From contig JANWJF010000001.1 in the NCBI GenBank assembly GCA_025449535.1, positions 549,136-613,135 on the forward strand: 64,000 nucleotides of DNA, given 5' to 3'. Position numbers and translations under genes: made by a program. Below, piece after piece: positions 27,439 through 34,761 of this stretch. The notes beneath the pieces were generated by a model that worked only from the letters and a program-made list of their open reading frames with translations, was not told where the DNA came from and searched no databases. Each line of letters begins with the position of its first letter. Position 1 is the stretch's first letter. This stretch comes from Candidatus Saccharimonadia bacterium. Lineage in GTDB: Bacteria > Patescibacteriota > SICC01.

Positions 27439-27575
27439 ACCAAACGACCGACGCAGTACGGGCCACCCCAGCCATTCCGCTGGGGTGGCCCAGACACCGC
27501 CCATCGGGATCTCTCGACCTTCTCCCAGGAGAAGAAATCGTAGAGGTTCCGGGCGGTGTTGTCGTATAGTTTGGT
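27439..27575. ncRNA. Candidate three-way-junction structured RNA
   Basis: ACCAAAC/GTTTGGT plus CGAC/GTCG close a perfect 13-bp hairpin (27460-27491) and a long interrupted hairpin (27493-27560). Confidence 0.5.
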
Positions 27576-27646
27576 ATACGGACCGTGCTTGCTGACGTAA
27601 CCCGACCTTAATAGAACGTCCCCTCGACTCTCCAAGGAGGTGAGCC

Positions 27647-28213
27647 ATGGAACAGGCTATCCTGCGCATCAACCCGAACGTCGTCAGTCTCACCGGCGTC
27701 GCACTCTGTGCCGTCGCCGGGGTCATCGCCCTGCTGACCGAAGCCTGGCTGATGGTAGCCGTGGTGTTCGCCGCCGGCGTACTGTGCGACCTGCTGGACG
27801 GCAAATTGGCTCGCCGGAATCCGGACGTGACTCGGCGGAAAGTCGGTGCCGTAGTCGACGCGCTGTGCGACAAGCTCGGCGAAGCCGCCTTCGTCTTCCC
27901 GCTGATCCTTGCGACGCCCCCTGACTTCTATCTGCTGGGCATCGCGTACGGCCTCGGCCTTTGGTCCTCGGAGGTAAAGATGGAATACAGCGGTGGCAAC
28001 CTGCCATCGGGATTCGACATCCCGTGGCGGGAGGTGAAGGTATTCGGCCGTGGCAGCCGGACAGTCACGCTGGTGGCTACCTTGCTGGTCGCCGGGCTCT
28101 ACGGTGAGCATTGGTTCGTCGTAGGATTCTGGGTCCTGCTCGTCACGAATGGAATCAGCGTGGTCTGGAGGAACAGCAAGGTTTGGAGGCACCTCCGGAA
28201 AGCAGACATCTAA
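27647..28213 (+). CDS. CDP-alcohol phosphatidyltransferase family protein
   Basis: DLLDGKLARR...GAVVDALCD signature; SD AAGGAGGT. Confidence 0.85.
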   Translation: MEQAILRINPNVVSLTGVALCAVAGVIALLTEAWLMVAVVFAAGVLCDLLDGKLARRNPDVTRRKVGAVVDALCDKLGEAAFVFPLILATPPDFYLLGIAYGLGLWSSEVKMEYSGGNLPSGFDIPWREVKVFGRGSRTVTLVATLLVAGLYGEHWFVVGFWVLLVTNGISVVWRNSKVWRHLRKADI

Positions 28214-28367
28214 CGGACTGGCAGCCGGCGTCAATCGACGCGTCCGTGTGAATCCCCCGCTCAGGATCGGATTCATGTAACAGGCTTCTTCCAAGCACAT
28301 CGGACGGTGTCTTTGGAAGAGTGAACGATCGATCGTTCATATGGCGGAAGCTGCGTATAGTGAAATC

Positions 28368-28928
28368 ATGAAGAAAATCGTCGTCGGCTCCACCAATCCC
28401 GTGAAGGTCGACGCCACACGACAGGCGTTCGAAGCCGTCTGGCCGAAGGAACGGTTTACGGTCGAAGGCGTCAAGGTCGATTCCGGCGTCTCGGACCAGC
28501 CGATGAGCTTCGAGGAGACGATCCGTGGCGCGAAGAACCGGGCCCGAGCGGCGATGCTCCTGAAGCAAACCGACTTTGCGGTCGGACTGGAGGCCGGCGC
28601 GGACAAGATGCCGGCGGGTTGGTTCGAGACCGGCTGGTGCGCGGTGCTGGATGCGGACGGGACCTTCGGCGTGGGGTCTTCCCCGGTCATCGCGATGGGT
28701 GGCCCGGTCATGGATCGGATCCTCGAAGGCAAGGAGCTTGGTGACGTCATCGACGACATGACGGCGCGGTCCGGCGTGAAGCATCAAGAGGGTTTCTTCG
28801 GCATCATGACCAACGGGGCGGTCACCCGGACCGACGCGTTCCGAATCGGCATCATCTTCGCCTTGGCCCGATTCGCGCAACCGGAGTTCTTCGCGGAACC
28901 CTCCGCCCATACGGAAGCCAGTAACTGA
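28368..28928 (+). CDS. yjjX: Inosine/xanthosine triphosphatase (YjjX family)
   Basis: VGSTNPVK, SGVSDQPM, GAKNRA, VGLEAG and ELGDV motifs. Confidence 0.9.
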   Translation: MKKIVVGSTNPVKVDATRQAFEAVWPKERFTVEGVKVDSGVSDQPMSFEETIRGAKNRARAAMLLKQTDFAVGLEAGADKMPAGWFETGWCAVLDADGTFGVGSSPVIAMGGPVMDRILEGKELGDVIDDMTARSGVKHQEGFFGIMTNGAVTRTDAFRIGIIFALARFAQPEFFAEPSAHTEASN

Positions 28929-28930
28929 AA

Positions 28931-28952
28931 GACCCCGGCCGAAGCCGGGGTC
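28931..28952. terminator. Hairpin between convergent genes (probable terminator)
   Basis: GACCCCGGC-CGAA-GCCGGGGTC; minus strand followed by TTT. Confidence 0.7.
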
Positions 28953-28978
28953 CCTCGCTTGAGTCGACGTAATCGAGA

Positions 28979-29227
28979 TTACTGTCGAGGCGTAGCTTCG
29001 CGGACGGTAAGCTCTCGTCCGTCGAGCTCCTTACCGTTGAGCTCGGCGACGGCCTTGTCGGCCTGCGCGTCGTCGTCGAACTTCACGAATCCGAATCCGC
29101 GACTGCGGCCGGAATCGCGATCGCTGACCACGTTCGCTTGCGTCGGGCTGTAGGCAGCAAAGTGCTGCTTCAGTCCGTCGCTGTCGACGCTCCAAGGAAG
29201 ATTGCCAATAAACAATTCCTTAGCCAT
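28979..29227 (-). CDS. RRM-domain RNA-binding protein
   Basis: RNP2 LFIGNL and RNP1 RGFGFVKF; SD AAAGGAG. Confidence 0.95.
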   Translation of the reverse strand: MAKELFIGNLPWSVDSDGLKQHFAAYSPTQANVVSDRDSGRSRGFGFVKFDDDAQADKAVAELNGKELDGRELTVREATPRQ

Positions 29228-29301
29228 GAACGGCTCCTTTCGTTACCAGAGGAGCCTCGGACAAACCTAACACTCAATCTCTGCATTGATACAACGCGGT
29301 A

Positions 29302-29330
29302 AGCGTAGAGGAATACCGTGGTTTTGGCAA
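29302..29330 (-). promoter_or_regulatory. sigma70 promoter of the RRM gene
   Basis: TTGCCA-17nt-TACGCT on the minus strand. Confidence 0.6.
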
Positions 29331-29396
29331 ATTTAATGGCAAGCTACGCGTAAATTCGATACACTGCAGGGTCTTTATGGAAACGCGGGTAATCAG

Positions 29397-30065
29397 ATGA
29401 GCGGCGATCCAGGCGGACCTCCCGAAGGGCCGGACCGTCCGGAAGTGCTGTACGAAGGTCCGTACAGCATCGAGCAGTGTGCCGCCGCGGCGTGCTGGGT
29501 CTATGACCTGTCACTAAGCGAGCTGAGAAGCGCCTCTCGGATGAACAGCGCGTTGAGCGCTCGCAGCCTGGCGGTCTGCCTGGCCCGGGCCCAAGAGGAG
29601 CCGCCGTCGTATCCGCAGATCGGAAGATACCTCTACCGGCATCATTCGACGATTATGAACAGCGAAGCCCGCGGCAGGGCGATGCTCGAAGATAACCGGG
29701 AATTCAGGATGCGGTACGAGAAGGCGCGGCGAGGAATCCAGGAAGGCACCGTCGAGAGGGGGCCGACCAAACCCAGTGAGGATCGCCTCCAAGACCTGAT
29801 CAAGGACGCCATTTGGCGCGGAGAGCTTACTCCGATCGACGTGCTGGACCATGAGATTGCCCGGGGAATGAAGATCCACGAATTACTGGTTGCGCTGCCC
29901 GCTTCGGATGGCGAAGCGACGATGAGTGCCGAGGAACGGGCCAGCCTGATCCTCCTGACCGCGGGGATACTGGAAAGGCGACGTGTGCAGGACATGTCTC
30001 AAGTCGAGAAGGACGCCCTCTACCACGTTCTTGATGAGCTAGGGTTCATGCCGAAGTCAGCCTAG
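29397..30065 (+). CDS. Stand-alone DnaA domain-IV-like HTH protein
   Basis: YDLSLSELRSASR...ARSLAVCLAR...SYPQIGRYLYRHHSTIM resembles DnaA C-terminal SLPEIG..F.RDHTTV; no AAA+ domain. Confidence 0.75.
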   Translation: MSGDPGGPPEGPDRPEVLYEGPYSIEQCAAAACWVYDLSLSELRSASRMNSALSARSLAVCLARAQEEPPSYPQIGRYLYRHHSTIMNSEARGRAMLEDNREFRMRYEKARRGIQEGTVERGPTKPSEDRLQDLIKDAIWRGELTPIDVLDHEIARGMKIHELLVALPASDGEATMSAEERASLILLTAGILERRRVQDMSQVEKDALYHVLDELGFMPKSA

Positions 30066-30080
30066 CTGTACACTGGAGCC

Positions 30081-30590
30081 ATGCCGGCCTCCAAAATCAG
30101 TCTCGACCAGGCCAAGCCCAACAAATTGTTCTACGTGGTGGCAACGGCCATGCCATACCGTAAGTCCGACGGCCGGTGCTTGATCCTCAAGCGCGACGAA
30201 CGGGAGACCGCACACCCCGGCAAATGGGGCGTAACCGGCGGGAAGCTCGAGCACGAGGACTTCGACCTTGCCAAGCCGACCCGGATGAACGGCGATGTTT
30301 ACGATTTCCAGGGCGCGTTCGAAAAACTGTTACGGAAAGAGGCGAAAGAGGAAGCGGCGATCAAGCTCGGCGATGACTTCCGTTACTTGGGCAGCTTGGT
30401 ATTCGTGCGCCCGGACGAGACGCCGGTCGCGTTGTTCCAATTCGCCGCCGAATACGCCGGCGGAGACGTGAAGCCCGAAGTTGGCGGATTCACGGACTTT
30501 GCCTGGGTAAACGCCGAAGAAGTGAAGCAATACGATTGCATCGACGGCATCCATGATGAGGTCAGCCGGACGATCGCGGCGTTCGGGTAG
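30081..30590 (+). CDS. NUDIX hydrolase
   Basis: PGKWGVTGGKLE...LRKEAKEEAA Nudix box with an insertion. Confidence 0.85.
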   Translation: MPASKISLDQAKPNKLFYVVATAMPYRKSDGRCLILKRDERETAHPGKWGVTGGKLEHEDFDLAKPTRMNGDVYDFQGAFEKLLRKEAKEEAAIKLGDDFRYLGSLVFVRPDETPVALFQFAAEYAGGDVKPEVGGFTDFAWVNAEEVKQYDCIDGIHDEVSRTIAAFG

Positions 30591-30612
30591 GTCGAGCGGT
30601 ATACTGAAGGCC

Positions 30613-32400
30613 GTGCTGAATCAGAAGCAGATCGCCGCGTACCGGAAGCACCCCGCGTTCACCGATCCGCGGGTATCCTCCTCCGCGACCCGCCGCACCG
30701 TGCCGCCGGACCTCTGGCGGTTGCTGGAAGCGACGCCGGGACTGATTACCTGGGGCATCCTGCTCGGCAGCGCCGCGCTGTCGATCTTCATGCCGCGCTG
30801 GGTCGCCTACGCGATCCTCATGTTCGACGTCTATTGGCTGGTGAAGTCGGTGACGCTGTCCGGCAACCTGATTCGGGCGTACCAGCATCTCCGCCGGGAT
30901 ACCCGCATCGACTGGAGCAACCGCCTCAAGGCCCTGGAGCGTAGCATCGATTCGCACGCCGCGACCCTCAGCAGGGTGATCCGTCGGATTGACGGCGGAC
31001 GTACGGGAATTCGCAAATGGCTCTGGCTCCGCCGCGTCGACCTGACGAACCGGCGGTTAGCCCGGGATTACCGGGACCTGGGGATCGAGCTCGCCCAAGT
31101 CCGGACCGCGATAGAGTCGGACACGCCGTCACCACGGGCATCCCGCATCCATCATCTGGTCGTCGTCGCGACGTATACCGAGGAGCTCGAGACGCTCCGC
31201 CCGAGCTTCCAGGCGCTCGTGGAGTCGACTTACGACCCCAAGCGGATGATCATCGTGCTGGCCACGGAAGAGCGCGACAAGCGCCGGGCGCAGGCGAACG
31301 CCCGCGTCCTCAAACGCGAGTTCGGGAGCCGGTTCAAGAAGTTCATCGTCACCGAACACCCGTCGAACATCACCGGCGAGGTGAAGGGCAAGGGTAGCAA
31401 CATCAACTGGGCCGGCCGGAAGGCGATCGCGGAGATCGACAAGCTCGGCATCCCGCACGAAGAGGTGATCGTGACCACGCTGGACGCCGACCACCGGCCG
31501 CACCCGCAGTACTTCGCGGCCGTGACCTACCAGTACCTGCTCGAGCCGGACCGGCGCCACCGCAGCTTCCAGCCGACGCCGCTGTTCCATAACAACCTCT
31601 GGTACACGACCGCGATCAACCGCGTGCTGTCCACCGGTTCGTCCTTCTGGCACATGATCGAGTCCACGCGGCCCTGGCGGCTCCGGAACTTCGCGGCGCA
31701 TTCACAGGGGCTCCAGACCGTGGTCGATACCGACTTCTGGTCGATCGACACCATCGTCGAGGACGGCCAGCAATATTGGCGGACGTACTTCCGCTACGAT
31801 GGCCGGCACTTCGTGCAGCCGGTATACGTGCCGGTGTACCAAGACGCGGTCCTCGGCGACACCTATCCCGGGACGCTCAAGGAGCAGTACCTCCAACTCC
31901 GGCGCTGGGCCTACGGCGCTTCCGACTTCCCGTACGCCGTCGTGAACGCCTGGCGGAACCCGCGCATCTCACTCGGCAACAAGCTGCTCCAAATCGGCCG
32001 CTTCCTGGAGGGTCACGTCACCTGGGCGGTCGCGCCGATCCTGATCACGTTCGTCGGCTGGTTCCCGATCTACCTATCCCCGGCGTTCCGGGAGACGTTG
32101 TTCGGCCAGACCCTGGCTCCTACCGCGAGTTTCATCCTGACCCTGGCCTTGGTCGGGATCATCGTGACGATCCTGATCTCCCTGCTGCTGCTGCCGCCGA
32201 AGCCGCCCGGATACAAGGAGCGCCACCGGTTGCTGCACGTCGCGCAATGGGTGTTGATGCCGGTGACGACGATCATCTTCTCCAGCCTGCCGGCGATCGA
32301 GTCGCAGACCCGGCTGATCTTCGGGCGCTACCTGGAGTTCCGGGTCACACGGAAACGGACCAAGGCGCTGCGGACGCTGGAGCGCCGGGCCAAGGCCTAG
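30613..32400 (+). CDS. Membrane glycosyltransferase family 2
   Basis: GKGSN, TTLDAD (DxD), IVED and QLRRW (QxxRW) motifs with flanking TMs. Confidence 0.9.
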   Translation: MLNQKQIAAYRKHPAFTDPRVSSSATRRTVPPDLWRLLEATPGLITWGILLGSAALSIFMPRWVAYAILMFDVYWLVKSVTLSGNLIRAYQHLRRDTRIDWSNRLKALERSIDSHAATLSRVIRRIDGGRTGIRKWLWLRRVDLTNRRLARDYRDLGIELAQVRTAIESDTPSPRASRIHHLVVVATYTEELETLRPSFQALVESTYDPKRMIIVLATEERDKRRAQANARVLKREFGSRFKKFIVTEHPSNITGEVKGKGSNINWAGRKAIAEIDKLGIPHEEVIVTTLDADHRPHPQYFAAVTYQYLLEPDRRHRSFQPTPLFHNNLWYTTAINRVLSTGSSFWHMIESTRPWRLRNFAAHSQGLQTVVDTDFWSIDTIVEDGQQYWRTYFRYDGRHFVQPVYVPVYQDAVLGDTYPGTLKEQYLQLRRWAYGASDFPYAVVNAWRNPRISLGNKLLQIGRFLEGHVTWAVAPILITFVGWFPIYLSPAFRETLFGQTLAPTASFILTLALVGIIVTILISLLLLPPKPPGYKERHRLLHVAQWVLMPVTTIIFSSLPAIESQTRLIFGRYLEFRVTRKRTKALRTLERRAKA

Positions 32401-32401
32401 G

Positions 32402-34699
32402 CTACGGGGCGACGACCTTCAGCAGCATGTTGTACCCCGGGTCGGGGAACCAGGCCGCGCCATCTTGCACCAAGGAGAAGTACTCCCGGTAGGTGCCGGG
32501 CGCAGGAGCCGCGGTCAGGGGTACGCTGAACAGGGCGATCTGTCCCGGCTCGATCATGGTGTCGGCGCCGTTCACGGTCATGTTGCCGCTGAGGTCGGTG
32601 ACCGTGCCGTCTATCGTCGAAGCCCGGTTGGCGTTCAGCCACGGGTCACCGCCGGTGAGGGTCCGGAAGGCGGAGCTGCGGTTCTGCGGGTGGGTCGTCG
32701 CCAACCGGACGGGGTTGGTCCCGCTCGCGGACCAGGTGAGGCGGCCGGTATTCTTGATCGCGACCCGGGCGGTCATCGTGCTGTTCCGGGCGAAGGATTG
32801 CTGGTTCCCGGAGTAGACGGTCTTCATGAACTGGAGGTTCCGGGCGACCGCTACCGGTACGGGGAAGTTGATTCCGTAATCCTCGGGCAGCCAACCCACC
32901 CCGTCCATCACCGGTCGGACGTAGAGCCGGTAGTTGCCGGCGCCCAGGCTGTCCGGGATCGTGATCGTGAAGTCGAACTCGGCGACCTGACCGGGATCCA
33001 CCGTCGTATCCCCGGGCGCGCCCACCACGGAATCCACGGCCGACGGCCGGTTCCGGGCGATCCAGGGGTCGGGTCCCGTGGTAGTGATGAAGGCGGACTT
33101 GTGGTCCCGGGCCCGGTCGGTGCCGAGCCTGAGGTTGCCGTCCACCGGCCAGGCTTCCCGTCCGGTGTTCTTCAGGCGCACCGTGACGTCCTGCTCGGTC
33201 ACGCCTGGGGTGATCGTCGCGGGGTCGGCCGACTTGGACACGTACGAGTAGTGGTAGCCGCGGTCCAGGATGTTGAAGAGCACGGAACTGCCGGTATCGG
33301 ACATGTGCTTCTTGCCCTCGACCACCGGGGAGAAGTACTCCCGGATGTTGCCGACCTTGTCCGGCGTGGTGGTCACGAACGAGAAGACGGCGATCTCGCC
33401 GGTCGTGATCGTCGCGTCCGCCACCACGGAATCAGTTCCCGGATCGTACCGTCCGTCGATGGCGGAAGCCCGGTTCTTGTCCGGCCAGTTCTCCGAAGCG
33501 TCGATATCTCCCGCCCCGATCGTCCGGAAGGCGCTGGTGCGGTCCGTCGGCCGCCGGGTCGCCAGACGCACGGGGTTGGCCCCGCCGGCGTTCCATTGCA
33601 ACTCCCCGACGTTCCTGACCAGGATCTTCACGCTTCGCCGGTCACCGGGCAAGAGGCCGGAGGGCGAGGCCGTCGAATCGAGGTCCGTCGGCCCGGAGTC
33701 GGGTTCGGTGACGTAGGTCCCGTAGTGTTGGCCGCGCCAGTCCGGCGGCTTGATCGTCATGGTGGCGCAAAGGCCCAGGTCGCGCATCCAGCCCAGGTTC
33801 TCGACGACCGGCGCGAAGCACTCCGGGTAAGTGCCCGGGTTACCGCTCGACTTGAACGTCGCCCGGAACTGCGCCAGCTGGCCCGACGGCGTGTCGTCCA
33901 ATAGTTCGATCCGGTTGCGGGTCAGCCATCCCTCCGCGGTCCCGCCGTCCGAGAACCCGCTGCCGCGGTCCTGCGGCCGGTTGCCGCCGAGACGCACGGG
34001 CGTCGATCCGCCCTTCAGCCACGTCTGCCGTCCGGTGTTCCAAAGCTTGAAGGTCATCACGGACTCGCCGTTGCTGTTCATGGACCGGTTTCCGGAAATC
34101 GCGGCACCGACGTAGTCGTAGTTGGAACGTCGGTCGTTCACGTACTTGCCCGATGCGACCCAGCCGGCGCAGCAACTCGGCTCGTACCCGTGGATGGTGT
34201 GGTCGTAGGAACCGGTCCCGGCCTTGTAGGTGGCCTGTCGGATCCCGAAGTGGGTGTGCGGATCCCAGTTGCCGTTTACCGATCCGCGCGGTCCGACCGT
34301 CCCGATGCGCTGGCCTTTCTTGACCGTCGCCCCGGCCCCGACGCGCCGGTCGTTGTTGAGGTGCCCGTAGAGGCTCAGGATCGAGCTGCTCTTCCAGCTA
34401 TGCTGGATGATGATCAGATTGCCCCAACGGTACGAGTCGGGCGTCCGGGCCGAGTACTTCACGACGCCGTCGGCTGCGGCGAACACCGGGATGCCGTCGT
34501 TATGACAGACGTCCTCCGCGACGTGATATCCCCACCCCCCGATGTACTGGCCGTACGCGTAATTCGGCGTCCCGTACGGGAAGCAGGGAATCTGGAACGA
34601 GGACGCGGCCTTGGCGTCCGCGGGCCCGACCGTCAGCACGAAGGCGGCCGCGGTGATCGCGGCGGCCGTGCCGAGCAAGAATGTCAGTATTGATTTCAA
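32402..34699 (-). CDS. Secreted M23 peptidase with four Ig-like (NBR1-FW-like) repeats
   Basis: HVAED (HxxxD) and HTH (HxH); four repeats of N(T/V)G..W...RL(G/A)T.RP.DR.SAF...EYF.PV..G. Confidence 0.85.
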   Translation of the reverse strand: MKSILTFLLGTAAAITAAAFVLTVGPADAKAASSFQIPCFPYGTPNYAYGQYIGGWGYHVAEDVCHNDGIPVFAAADGVVKYSARTPDSYRWGNLIIIQHSWKSSSILSLYGHLNNDRRVGAGATVKKGQRIGTVGPRGSVNGNWDPHTHFGIRQATYKAGTGSYDHTIHGYEPSCCAGWVASGKYVNDRRSNYDYVGAAISGNRSMNSNGESVMTFKLWNTGRQTWLKGGSTPVRLGGNRPQDRGSGFSDGGTAEGWLTRNRIELLDDTPSGQLAQFRATFKSSGNPGTYPECFAPVVENLGWMRDLGLCATMTIKPPDWRGQHYGTYVTEPDSGPTDLDSTASPSGLLPGDRRSVKILVRNVGELQWNAGGANPVRLATRRPTDRTSAFRTIGAGDIDASENWPDKNRASAIDGRYDPGTDSVVADATITTGEIAVFSFVTTTPDKVGNIREYFSPVVEGKKHMSDTGSSVLFNILDRGYHYSYVSKSADPATITPGVTEQDVTVRLKNTGREAWPVDGNLRLGTDRARDHKSAFITTTGPDPWIARNRPSAVDSVVGAPGDTTVDPGQVAEFDFTITIPDSLGAGNYRLYVRPVMDGVGWLPEDYGINFPVPVAVARNLQFMKTVYSGNQQSFARNSTMTARVAIKNTGRLTWSASGTNPVRLATTHPQNRSSAFRTLTGGDPWLNANRASTIDGTVTDLSGNMTVNGADTMIEPGQIALFSVPLTAAPAPGTYREYFSLVQDGAAWFPDPGYNMLLKVVAP

Positions 34700-34761
34700 G
34701 ATAGTAGGAGCGTTACTCCAGTCCTACCAAATATGAGGTATGGCTACAATCGAGCAACCGC

